This document shows, piece after piece, positions 1 through 11,633 of a stretch of DNA of 64,000 nt; within the stretch, counting starts at the first letter, position 1; each line of letters opens with the position of its first letter. The notes under the pieces were generated by a model. It was given only the letters and a program-made list of their open reading frames with translations, did not search any database and was not told where the DNA came from. The stretch is from Capsulimonadales bacterium (lineage in GTDB: Bacteria > Armatimonadota > Armatimonadia > Armatimonadales > Armatimonadaceae), in the NCBI GenBank assembly GCA_033762295.1, contig JANRLW010000071.1, forward strand, positions 1 through 64,000, in the 5' to 3' direction. The position numbers and the translations under genes were made by a program.

Positions 1-699
<699 letters not shown>

Positions 700-871
700 A
701 ATATGGTTTACGGTGAAAACACCGAAACTGACAGATTTGATCTTGTAATTACCCCTGCGAACAGGGGAAAAACCGAACCGAATCCGTTCGACGTCAGTTG
801 ATTACCATCCCGCTCCGTTGTCACTCAATCAGACAAACACGCACTTAAAGCAGAACAAAACCCATCTTCAA

Positions 872-885
872 TTGTATAAGGTACA
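872..885 (-). promoter_or_regulatory. Putative boxA antitermination element in the rRNA leader
   Basis: Minus strand TGTACCTTATACAA resembles boxA (TGCTCTTTAACA) and lies about 55 nt downstream of the predicted rRNA promoter. Confidence 0.45.
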
Positions 886-942
886 GGCCACCTACTTGGA
901 TTTTTCCGTTCGGGGCATCGCTTTCGTCCAGCGACGAGAAGG

Positions 943-970
943 AGTATATCGCACTGTCCGGCGTTGTCAA
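943..970 (-). promoter_or_regulatory. Sigma70-type rRNA operon promoter
   Basis: Minus strand TTGACA-16 bp-TATACT with an upstream AT tract (UP-like); a 16-bp spacer is typical of rrn promoters. Confidence 0.85.
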
Positions 971-992
971 GGCCCCCGTAAAAAATATTCGG

Positions 993-1028
993 AGTCCGTT
1001 TTTAAGTCCGTTTTTGAGTCCGTTCGCG
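993..1028. repeat. Three imperfect 12-bp direct repeats
   Basis: agtccgttttta / agtccgtttttg / agtccgttcgcg. Confidence 0.8.
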
Positions 1029-1073
1029 AGGCCACGACCGCGACACGACATACGGCCGCTTCACACCTCCGCT

Positions 1074-2129
1074 TCACACGGCCGCGCCGGGTACTCCGAT
1101 CTCCAGGCGCACTACCCGGGCCGACTCCGGACCTTCCGATCCCGGCAGAGTCACCCCTCCGTTGGTGACGACATACGCCGCCGTGCGGTCACGAACGGTC
1201 CTCCCGAACGCCAGCGCCGTCGCCCCGCGCAGACCGGCCGACGCATCCGCCAGGATCGTCATCCGCCCGTTCGGAGCGACGCGAATCACACTGTTGTAAA
1301 AGTGCGTCGTCACATACAGGTTTCCACGAATATCCGGCGCAAAATCATCGCCGTTGATACGCTTCACCCACACCGATACCTTCCCCGGATGCCCGTCCCC
1401 ACGCAATGGCACCCGCAGGATCTCCTGCCGCTGCGTATTCGTGACATACAGAACCTCCCGGAAAATCTTCAGTCCGTTCGCTCCGGGGACCGGGTTTTCG
1501 GAGGAAACGCGCGTCAGCAACGCGTCCTCCAGCCAGATCGATGTCTTTCTTGTGGCCGCGTCAAACTGCCAGATCACGCCCCGGTAGGAGTCCGCGATCA
1601 GGAAACGGTCTCCCGACAGCCGCGCGATCCCGTTCGGAAACACGACGCCGTCCGGCGCGGCGAGACGTTCGACCCGGGCGTTCCGCGCGACCCGAAAAAT
1701 CGTCGGCGTCTTCCCGTCGGCCCAGCCCCCGACAATCAGGTTCCCCGCGCGGTCCCGGGCGATTCCGGCGATTTTGCCGCCGAGATCGGCGAACTCCGCC
1801 GTTTTGCCGTTCGGCGCGATCCGAAGGATCTTTCCTGCCTCATAATCGGTAATCCACAGAACCCCGTCCCGGTCCGTGACGATGTTTTCAAGAAAGGTGC
1901 CGGCCGGAAACTCGGCGATCGTGCGGGCGGCGACCGGTCGTTTCGGCACTCCGGCGAGCAACGGCGGCAGAGAACCGGCGGACTCCTGCAAGCTCCCCTC
2001 CTCCGCGACGACGGGGTTCGCAATCAACGACGGAATCGGACTTCCAATAAAAGGACGCGTTTTCAAGACAGGGTTTCCTTTCCGTAACCTTCGGACGAGC
2101 CACCGCAACGAATCGAAAAAGCATAACAC
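1074..2129 (-). CDS. SMP-30/gluconolactonase/LRE family beta-propeller protein (start uncertain)
   Basis: FLENIV, FPNGIA, GANGLK and NGDDFAPD...GNLYVT motifs typical of six-bladed SGL propellers. Confidence 0.8.
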   Translation of the reverse strand: MLCFFDSLRWLVRRLRKGNPVLKTRPFIGSPIPSLIANPVVAEEGSLQESAGSLPPLLAGVPKRPVAARTIAEFPAGTFLENIVTDRDGVLWITDYEAGKILRIAPNGKTAEFADLGGKIAGIARDRAGNLIVGGWADGKTPTIFRVARNARVERLAAPDGVVFPNGIARLSGDRFLIADSYRGVIWQFDAATRKTSIWLEDALLTRVSSENPVPGANGLKIFREVLYVTNTQRQEILRVPLRGDGHPGKVSVWVKRINGDDFAPDIRGNLYVTTHFYNSVIRVAPNGRMTILADASAGLRGATALAFGRTVRDRTAAYVVTNGGVTLPGSEGPESARVVRLEIGVPGAAV

Positions 2130-2169
2130 AAAGCGCGCAAAAGATCACCTGCCTGTTTGAGCGGGGAGG

Positions 2170-3642
2170 GTAACTGTTCAGGGATGTGGGAATTTCAGGG
2201 CAGCCAAGCACGTATCGAAAGTCAATGAATTCTCTGGCCGACAATCTGGCCGACAATCTGGCCGACAAATCGCACGAGGAGTTGGTTGTCCTCATTCAGG
2301 AACAAGCCCAGACAATCGCCTTCCTGCTTCGCAAGATTGAAGCACTGGAGCAGGAAATCGCCCGTCTCAAAGGGCAGCTACCCCCTCCCAGCAAAGTCAA
2401 ACCGGAGCCGCCTGCCTGGGTCAAGCCCAACCAACCCGCGCCGACAAAAAAGCCGAGAAAGCAACGTAAAGACGCCTTCGTTCGAAAACGGGAGACGCCG
2501 ACCCAGGAAATCGTCTACGCTTGCTCGCATTGCCCGGATTGCGGTAGAAGGCTTGCCGGAGGCAGCGAATATAGTCGGCACCAAGTTATCGACCTGCCGC
2601 CCCTCACCGTTTCCATCCTCGACCATGTCGTTGTGTCCCGCTACTGCGGGGTCTGCCACAAGTCCTGCACCCCGCACGTTGACCTGACCGAACAAGCGGT
2701 GGGGAAAAGTCGGTTCGGCCTCGGAATTCACTCTCTGGTTGCCTACTTGCGTTCGGTTGCCCGCCTGCCGATTCGCTCGATTGGGGCGCTTTTGTCGGCG
2801 TTCTGCCGCCTGCCTATCAGTGCGGGGGAGATCGTTTTGCTGCTTGCCTCTGTTGCTCGCTTGGGCAAGTCGACCTATCACGGCCTGCAAGAGAGCCTGC
2901 GGACCAGTCCCTTTGTCCATGCCGACGAGACGGGCTGGCGCGAGAATGGTCAAAATGGCTACTTGTGGAGTTTCTCGACTCCCTCTTTAAGTTATTTTAC
3001 CTATCCCAAGACCCGCTCGGGGCAGGTAGTGACCGAGGTATTAGGCGAGGCGTACAAAGGCGTGGTGGTCAGCGACTTCTACAGCGGGTATCGTCGGCAT
3101 TTGGGCTTTCACCAGAGGTGTTGGGTACATTTGCTTCGGGACGTCCATGAGTTAGTGAAAAAGTACCCGATCGAGGGCGTGCAAAACTGGGCAAAACGCT
3201 TGCGGGAATTGTACGACCGTGCCAAAGGGTTTCAAAGCGAGAGTGCGTCGGCACGGGAGCTTGCCTGTTTTTCTTTTGCGGAGGAAGTGGTGGCCTTTGC
3301 GCGTCCGTATGTGGATGCCGGTTTGCCCCAGAGTACGCTTTGCCAGCGCTTGGTGTCCTATGCCGCCGAGTTGTTCGTTTTCGTCTGGCAGCCCGATGTC
3401 CCGTCGGAGAACAATGCGGCGGAGCGTAGCCTTCGCCCCCGGGTGATCGCCCGCAAGATAAGCGGGGGAACGCGCTCGGCTGCCGGTTCGGAGACGATGG
3501 CAATTCTGTCGTCTCTGTTTGCGACCTGGCGTTTGCAAAAGCTGGAGTCGTTGGCCGCGTGTCGTCAGATGTTGGTGGATGCCCAGAAAAAGCCTGGCCT
3601 GACCACCGCCTGAACTTCCCTTTGACATTCCTGAACAGTTAC
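2170..3642 (+). mobile_element. IS66-family insertion sequence, single-ORF (ISBst12-group-like), 1473 bp
   Basis: IRL gtaactgttcagggatgt at 2170; IRR acattcctgaacagttac ending at 3642 (17/18 match); 8-bp direct repeat cggggagg at 2162-2169 and 3643-3650; single TnpC ORF. Confidence 0.95.
2225..3613 (+). CDS. tnpC: IS66-family DDE transposase (TnpC-like)
   Basis: N-terminal coiled coil, Zn finger CPDCG, HADETGW, VVSDFYSGY, QRCWVHLLR, NNAAERSLR. Confidence 0.95.
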   Translation: MNSLADNLADNLADKSHEELVVLIQEQAQTIAFLLRKIEALEQEIARLKGQLPPPSKVKPEPPAWVKPNQPAPTKKPRKQRKDAFVRKRETPTQEIVYACSHCPDCGRRLAGGSEYSRHQVIDLPPLTVSILDHVVVSRYCGVCHKSCTPHVDLTEQAVGKSRFGLGIHSLVAYLRSVARLPIRSIGALLSAFCRLPISAGEIVLLLASVARLGKSTYHGLQESLRTSPFVHADETGWRENGQNGYLWSFSTPSLSYFTYPKTRSGQVVTEVLGEAYKGVVVSDFYSGYRRHLGFHQRCWVHLLRDVHELVKKYPIEGVQNWAKRLRELYDRAKGFQSESASARELACFSFAEEVVAFARPYVDAGLPQSTLCQRLVSYAAELFVFVWQPDVPSENNAAERSLRPRVIARKISGGTRSAAGSETMAILSSLFATWRLQKLESLAACRQMLVDAQKKPGLTTA

Positions 3643-3657
3643 CGGGGAGGATGTAAA

Positions 3658-3686
3658 TTGCGGCAAACATCCGTTTATGGTATAAT
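3658..3686 (+). promoter_or_regulatory. gyrB promoter (extended -10)
   Basis: TTGCGG-17 bp-TATAAT, with TG one base upstream of the -10. Confidence 0.75.
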
Positions 3687-3723
3687 GTCCTGTTAATCCA
3701 AATGAGAATCTGTCAATTGTTGA

Positions 3724-5892
<2,169 letters not shown>

Positions 5893-5912
5893 AACGGCGG
5901 CAACGAAAAAAG

Positions 5913-5949
5913 GAACGGGGTCGATGCCTTTCCGGCATCGACCCCGTTC
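5913..5949. terminator. Hairpin terminator after gyrB
   Basis: Perfect 16-bp stem gaacggggtcgatgcc / ggcatcgaccccgttc, preceded by an A tract. Confidence 0.75.
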
Positions 5950-6048
5950 GCCTGTTTACGACGTCGGACCGCGCCGACTTTTCCAGGGTCGGAACCACCG
6001 GCCATAGCAGGAATCGTTTTCCCATTGTTGCGGCTCTCTTCGTGACTT

Positions 6049-7008
6049 ATGATAGAGCACATGAGTGGTTGCCGCCGTTTCCCCCTGTCCCCCGATCGAC
6101 GGATACTGGCCGTGCTTTTGCTGACGCCGCTTGCCGTCCCCGCCTGCCGTCCGCCGGTCGAGGACTCGTTCACGGTCGTTGCCGGGGTCCGCTTCCATCG
6201 GGACCGGGAGGCGGGCGTCCAGTTGCTCGATGTCGATCTGAAAGTCGCCGACGTTCGCCCGGTCGTCGTTGCCGAAAACATCGAAAGACGCCGCAACAAT
6301 TTCATCGGAGACTGCAAGACCGTTCGCGAATGGGCCGAGAAATACCAGGCGATCGGCGGCATCAACGGGGGATTCTTCGGGGATACGTACGATCAGCTCG
6401 GACGCCGAAAACAGATCGTCGGACTGGCGGTCGCCGAAGGGAAGGTGATCGCACCCAGCGACATCGTCACCTCCACCCGTCCGCCGCAACAGCGTTTTCT
6501 TCGCTCCGTTGTCGGCTTTACGCGTGCGGGTCTCCCCGAAATCGCCTACGGTATGGGTTCGCTGCGCGGTCGCGTCTACCGATACCGTACCGGAATCAAC
6601 CCGACCGGCGGCGCTCTCTGGAATCTGCGTTACGGGATCGGCTGCGGTCCGCGCCTGTTTCAGGGGGGAACCCGCCGTGTGGCCGACCGGGACGAACGCC
6701 TGCTGAGTCCCGGAAAACTTCACCGCTCCTTTGTCGCCTACGATATCGGCGAGGACGGGTTCCCCTACCATCTCGTGCTGGGTCGGGCGGACGCGATGGA
6801 CTTTGCCGACGTTGCCGATTACCTCGAACTCCACTTTCGACGGGTTCATTCCCGCCCACCGCAGGAAGCCATGTGTCTGGACGGCGGCCCTTCCTCACAG
6901 CTGGTCTTCCGGCGGGGCCAGACCCTTGAGGACGCCGAACCGACCGGCGTCCTGGTACCGACCGCCCTGCTCCTCGTTCCCCGGCAGCCCGCCCCGGCCG
7001 GTGGTTGA
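6049..7008 (+). CDS. Phosphodiester glycosidase (NAGPA-domain) family protein, probably exported
   Basis: GGINGGFF, GCGPRL and CLDGGPSSQL motifs; hydrophobic N-terminus ending in Cys. Confidence 0.75.
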   Translation: MIEHMSGCRRFPLSPDRRILAVLLLTPLAVPACRPPVEDSFTVVAGVRFHRDREAGVQLLDVDLKVADVRPVVVAENIERRRNNFIGDCKTVREWAEKYQAIGGINGGFFGDTYDQLGRRKQIVGLAVAEGKVIAPSDIVTSTRPPQQRFLRSVVGFTRAGLPEIAYGMGSLRGRVYRYRTGINPTGGALWNLRYGIGCGPRLFQGGTRRVADRDERLLSPGKLHRSFVAYDIGEDGFPYHLVLGRADAMDFADVADYLELHFRRVHSRPPQEAMCLDGGPSSQLVFRRGQTLEDAEPTGVLVPTALLLVPRQPAPAGG

Positions 7009-7131
7009 TAATCGCACTTTTTTGTCCGTTTTCGTCATCGAGCCACCGGGGCAGGATTTCGAACCCCGAGCCCGGAATCCGGAATTACCCCATGTTGCGG
7101 GGGCAATCCGCAGGCTGAGGAGCATTATCGG

Positions 7132-7401
7132 ATGATTCGGCAAAAACTCATGTTTCTCTACTCGTCCACCCCGGACCTCAAGAGCGAGGTGGGAGCGTGG
7201 TCGATTTACGACGGCACCGGCAAGGAACACCACACGACCGGCGACAGTGACGCCCCGCCCTACCGCTCGGTCTACGCCGCCATGCTCGACGGATGGCGCG
7301 TCCTGCAGGTTTCCCAGCTTCATCCGACCCAGACCGGGCAGGAGCTGACAACATCCTACCTGCGCTTCGAACATATGCTGGAAAAGCTGGAGGAGGTGTG
7401 A
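7132..7401 (+). CDS. Hypothetical 89-aa protein, 3 nt upstream of the PhyH gene
   Basis: gaggag SD upstream, GC3-biased codons, protein-like composition. Confidence 0.75.
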   Translation: MIRQKLMFLYSSTPDLKSEVGAWSIYDGTGKEHHTTGDSDAPPYRSVYAAMLDGWRVLQVSQLHPTQTGQELTTSYLRFEHMLEKLEEV

Positions 7402-7404
7402 CCG

Positions 7405-8247
7405 ATGGCACTTGACAAAACCCATCTTCTGACATCCGCGCAGATGGCGGATTTCGTGGCGGACGGCTTCTTGCGCTTCGACGAACTGATTCCCGAGGAG
7501 ATCAACCGTGAGGCGATGCGGGAGATCGATGAAGAGCGGATTCCCCGTCATTATGAACGCAGCGGAATGGCTCTCAGCGACCTGTGGCCCCAATCGAACG
7601 GCTTCGGCGCGATGTTCCGTCACCCGGCGGTTCAGGGAATGATCCGTTCGCTGGTCGGTCCGAACCCGCTGTACGACCATCACGCCTTCCACAAAGTCGG
7701 CCCGCAACATATCGAGGGGCAGATTTGGCACGCGGACAACATCATCGATCCCCGGCTTCACTTCGATATCCAGCTGTTTTACTACCCGCACGACACGCCG
7801 CGCGAGATGGGCGGCACCATGTTCCTGCCCGGAAGTCATCTGCGCTACGTTCATGAAAGCTTCATCGGACGTTACCAGAACTTCCTCAACCAGGCTCCGA
7901 TCGTCTGCAAGGCGGGAACCGTCGCGGTCGCTCACCACGGAATCTGGCACTGCGCCCAGCCCAACCGGACCGACACGATGCGCTACATGTTCAAACTGCG
8001 GATCAATCCGACCGTCCGCCAGATGCTTCTCTGGAACACGGACGATCTTGCCGATCCGACAACGCAATCGCGGATCGGTCAGGCGTTGTTCCGCCATCAC
8101 CGCTGGTACGGCGCGGAGGATCGCCTCGAATACGCACAGCGGATCAAGCTGTGGCGGTTCCTGGTGGGGAATGAAAAATTCGACGCCCGCTACTGGCTGA
8201 CGCGTGTGGAAAACTGCCCTGAACGTATCGTCCCGGCTGACGTATAA
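7405..8247 (+). CDS. Phytanoyl-CoA dioxygenase (PhyH) family Fe(II)/2OG dioxygenase
   Basis: F..DGF N-terminus, WHAD (HxD), GGTMFLPGSH, distal His in GIWH. Confidence 0.88.
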   Translation: MALDKTHLLTSAQMADFVADGFLRFDELIPEEINREAMREIDEERIPRHYERSGMALSDLWPQSNGFGAMFRHPAVQGMIRSLVGPNPLYDHHAFHKVGPQHIEGQIWHADNIIDPRLHFDIQLFYYPHDTPREMGGTMFLPGSHLRYVHESFIGRYQNFLNQAPIVCKAGTVAVAHHGIWHCAQPNRTDTMRYMFKLRINPTVRQMLLWNTDDLADPTTQSRIGQALFRHHRWYGAEDRLEYAQRIKLWRFLVGNEKFDARYWLTRVENCPERIVPADV

Positions 8248-8257
8248 TTAGGGCGGA

Positions 8258-10252
8258 ATGATCTCCGCTGCCGGCAACCGGGATTCCGACTTCTTCGTCG
8301 CGGGGGGCACACTTCATAAGGATGCCCCCTGCTATGTCCCCCGTTCCGCCGATGAAGCCCTTCATACGGCGGTTCGGAACGGCGAATACGCCTATGTGCT
8401 GACCTCGCGGCAGATGGGCAAATCCTCCCTGATGCTACGCGTGACGAACCGCCTGCGGGAGGAAGGCATCGCCGTCGTTCTGCTTGACCTCACCCGATTC
8501 GGCGCGCACAATATCAGCCCGGACCAGTGGTATGCGGGCATGCTCTCCGAGATCGGGCGCGCGCTGGACCTGCGGTCGCCGGTTCTTGCCTACTGGAAAC
8601 AGGAGAACGCGCTGCCCGCCGCACAGCGTTTCTTCGGCGCTCTGACCGACATCCTCCTTCGAAAAATGTCCGGTCCGCTGGTGCTTTTCTTCGATGAGGT
8701 GGATGTCGTCCGCTCCCTCCCTTTCTGCGCGGACGAATTTTTCGCCGGAATCCGAGAGTGCTACAACCGTCGAACCGAGGACCCGGAGATGTGCCGCCTG
8801 ATCTTCGGCCTGTTCGGCGTCGCCGCCCCCTCGCAGCTGATTCAGGACTCCCGGATGACCCCGTTCAATATCGGGGTTCGGGTGGAACTCGGCGACTTTA
8901 CCTTCCCGGATGCGCTCGTACTGGCCGAAGGACTCGGGCCGAACGGTCAGGAGCAATTGAAGCGTGTGTTCCACTGGACCGCCGGCCATCCCTATCTCAC
9001 TCTGAAACTGTGCCGCGCACTCGCCGACGATCCCACTGCCCACCGACCGTCCGATGTCGACCGCCTGGCCCACCGGCTGTACTTCACGCCCGCCTCGCGG
9101 GAGACCGACGATAACCTTCTGTTCGTGCGTCGCTGGCTGCTCGATGGCGGCGCGGATGTCGCTACCCTGCTCGATCTGTACCGACGCGTCCGCGAGGGCA
9201 AACGGATCGAAAACGACAGCGCGAACCCGTTGATCGAGATCCTCCGGCTCTCCGGCATCGTCGCGCCCGGGGAGCGGCATCTCATGGTGCGGAACCGGAT
9301 CTACCAGCGTGTCTTCGACCCGGAATGGATCGTCGACCACATGCCGGACGCCGAACTGCGACGGCAGAAAGCGGCGTTTCGCCGGGGTGTGGCGCGTACG
9401 GCCTGGGTGAGCGGATCGGTCGCTCTGGCGCTGGGCTGTCTGTCGGTCTACGCTTTCTCCGAGAAATCCCGCGCCGACCGTATGACGGCGGAAGCGCAGG
9501 CGGAGGCGCAAACCGCCCACGCACGGGAGAAACAGGCGGTCCGTCTGGCCGCCCAGGTCACCGACCTCGCCCGTCAGCTTTCCCGCAGTCAGGCATCCGC
9601 GAAGGAGGCCGCCGCCCTTCGTCGTCGCCTGGAGAAACTGACGGCGACACCGACACCGGCACCGACACCGTCTCCGGTGGTCGCCGTCACGCCCCCCACT
9701 CCCTCGCCGACGCCCCGGGTCGTCGCCGCCGTTACCCGGCCCCGGCCAACGCCCACGCCGCACCCACTCGTTCGTCTGTCGGCCGTTCGATCGCTTCCCC
9801 GACCGACACCGACGCCGGCCCCCGCCCCGATCCCCTCCGCTTCGGAATCGCCCCGGGAAACGCCGACCCCGGCGCCCTCGACGACCGACGACCCGCTCCC
9901 TTCGTCCGGTATCGCCCCCTCTCACCCGGCGCTGGTGGCGCAGCCGGATACTCCCGCCGAGTTGATCCGTCGCCCACCGATGATCCTGCCCCCCCGGCTT
10001 CAGCGGATGGTCTACCGGGGGAACGCCACCTTCAACGTGACGGTCGGCCCCGGAGGGAAACATCTGGCGGTGCTGACGCAGGGAACCGATCTTCCGGCAC
10101 TGGATCGTTACCTGAAATACTACATGTCGCTGACCCGGTGGAAAGCGGCAACCCTGAACGGCAAACCGGTCCCCACCCGGGTGGAGTTCACGCTGCCGAT
10201 CGACCTGCCCCGCCGTCCGCGCACCGGCAGCGCACCGGAACCCGCCCCCTGA
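8258..10252 (+). CDS. AAA_35 (STAND-type) ATPase + TM helix + Pro/Thr-rich linker + TonB C-terminal-like domain
   Basis: YVPRSAD, SRQMGKSSL (Walker A), LFFDEVD (Walker B), TPFNIG, WTAGHPYL; one TM helix; PT-rich linker; WKAATLNGKPVPTRVEF. Confidence 0.8.
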   Translation: MISAAGNRDSDFFVAGGTLHKDAPCYVPRSADEALHTAVRNGEYAYVLTSRQMGKSSLMLRVTNRLREEGIAVVLLDLTRFGAHNISPDQWYAGMLSEIGRALDLRSPVLAYWKQENALPAAQRFFGALTDILLRKMSGPLVLFFDEVDVVRSLPFCADEFFAGIRECYNRRTEDPEMCRLIFGLFGVAAPSQLIQDSRMTPFNIGVRVELGDFTFPDALVLAEGLGPNGQEQLKRVFHWTAGHPYLTLKLCRALADDPTAHRPSDVDRLAHRLYFTPASRETDDNLLFVRRWLLDGGADVATLLDLYRRVREGKRIENDSANPLIEILRLSGIVAPGERHLMVRNRIYQRVFDPEWIVDHMPDAELRRQKAAFRRGVARTAWVSGSVALALGCLSVYAFSEKSRADRMTAEAQAEAQTAHAREKQAVRLAAQVTDLARQLSRSQASAKEAAALRRRLEKLTATPTPAPTPSPVVAVTPPTPSPTPRVVAAVTRPRPTPTPHPLVRLSAVRSLPRPTPTPAPAPIPSASESPRETPTPAPSTTDDPLPSSGIAPSHPALVAQPDTPAELIRRPPMILPPRLQRMVYRGNATFNVTVGPGGKHLAVLTQGTDLPALDRYLKYYMSLTRWKAATLNGKPVPTRVEFTLPIDLPRRPRTGSAPEPAP

Positions 10253-10301
10253 CCGGACCGCCGTTCGGCCGCATCGTCGCCGTTCGTGGTTTAATTTCCT
10301 T

Positions 10302-11633
10302 ATGCTGCCCGTACTCCGGACCCCGATCCCGGGGCCTCGTTCTCGCGCTCTCGCCCGGGAACTCCCTTCGGTGGAAAATCCGAATATCACCTACCTTGCG
10401 CCCGATGGCGGCTTCCCCGTCTTCTGGGAGTCGGCGACCGGCTGTCTGGTCACCGATGTCGACGGCAATACGTTCCTCGACCTGACCGCGGCGTTCGGGG
10501 TGGCGTCGATCGGGCATTCCCACCCGCGCGTCGTCCATGCGATACGCGAGCAGGCCGGGAGATTGATCCACGGGATGGGGGACGTTCACCCCACGGCGGT
10601 CAAGGTGGAACTGGCGAAGCGAATCGCCGAACGGACTCCCGGCGACCTGTCCGGAGTGATCTTCGGGCAGAACGGCGGGGATGCGATCGAAGCGGCGATC
10701 AAATCGGCGCGGCTCTTCACCGGCAAACCGGGCATCCTCGCCTTTGATACGGGATACCACGGCCTGACGTTCGGCGCGCTGGCGGCGACCGGCCGCCCGG
10801 ATTTCAAAGCCCCGTTCTCGGGTCAGATTCCGCCCTTCGCAACCCATGTCCCGTATCCCGAACCGCGATCGTGCCGTCTCGCCTGCGGTTCCTGTACCCG
10901 AAGTTGCCTGCGTTTTGTCGAGGAGGCGCTGGCGGCGGGCCATATCGGCGCGGTGCTGGCCGAACCGATCCAGGGGCGCGGCGGCATCATCGTCCCGCCG
11001 GACGGGTGGCTCGCCGAACTCCATCGTCTCTGCCGACGCCATGACGCCCTTTTGATCCTGGATGAGATCTTCACCGGATGGGGCCGGACCGGCGAATGGT
11101 TCGCCTGTCAGCGGGACGGCGTCGTTCCGGACATTCTCTGTGTCGGTAAGGCGATGGGCGGTGGGTTTCCGATCTCCGCCTGTGTCGCCCGACCGGAGAT
11201 CACCGCCGCCTGGGGCAAATCGACCGGCGAGGCGCTCCATACATCGACCTTTCTCGGCAATCCTCTCGGCTGCGCCGCGGCGCTGGCCGCCCTTTCCGTT
11301 CTCGAGGAGGAGAACCTTCCCGAACGCGCCCGGACCGTCGGCGCGTATTTCCGGCGTCGCCTGGAGGACCTGGCGGAACGTTTCCCGGAACGCATCGTCG
11401 AAGTGAGGGGACGCGGGCTGATGCTGGGCCTGCGCTTCGATGGTCGGGAAACGGCGCTCTCACTGGTTGCCGACCTTCTGCGACGCGGGCTGATCGTGCT
11501 CCCGGCAGGTCCGGGGGATATACTGGAGTTCGTACCGCCGCTGGTGATCGAAACACAGCAAATCGACTTCGCGGTCGCCCGCATAGAGGACGCTCTTCGG
11601 GATACCGTACCCGAAAGGATATTCGTGCCATGA
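10302..11633 (+). CDS. Class III PLP-dependent aminotransferase (GabT/ArgD-like)
   Basis: DVDGNTFLD, GYHG, EPIQGRGG, LILDEIFTGWGRTG, PDILCVGKAMGGG, HTSTFLGNP. Confidence 0.92.
   Translation: MLPVLRTPIPGPRSRALARELPSVENPNITYLAPDGGFPVFWESATGCLVTDVDGNTFLDLTAAFGVASIGHSHPRVVHAIREQAGRLIHGMGDVHPTAVKVELAKRIAERTPGDLSGVIFGQNGGDAIEAAIKSARLFTGKPGILAFDTGYHGLTFGALAATGRPDFKAPFSGQIPPFATHVPYPEPRSCRLACGSCTRSCLRFVEEALAAGHIGAVLAEPIQGRGGIIVPPDGWLAELHRLCRRHDALLILDEIFTGWGRTGEWFACQRDGVVPDILCVGKAMGGGFPISACVARPEITAAWGKSTGEALHTSTFLGNPLGCAAALAALSVLEEENLPERARTVGAYFRRRLEDLAERFPERIVEVRGRGLMLGLRFDGRETALSLVADLLRRGLIVLPAGPGDILEFVPPLVIETQQIDFAVARIEDALRDTVPERIFVP

Noticed and set aside
3622..3627. Outward-facing TTGACA at the IS66 right end as a hybrid gyrB promoter
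   Set aside because: No -10 hexamer 16-18 bp downstream (gggagg); a native promoter exists at 3658-3686
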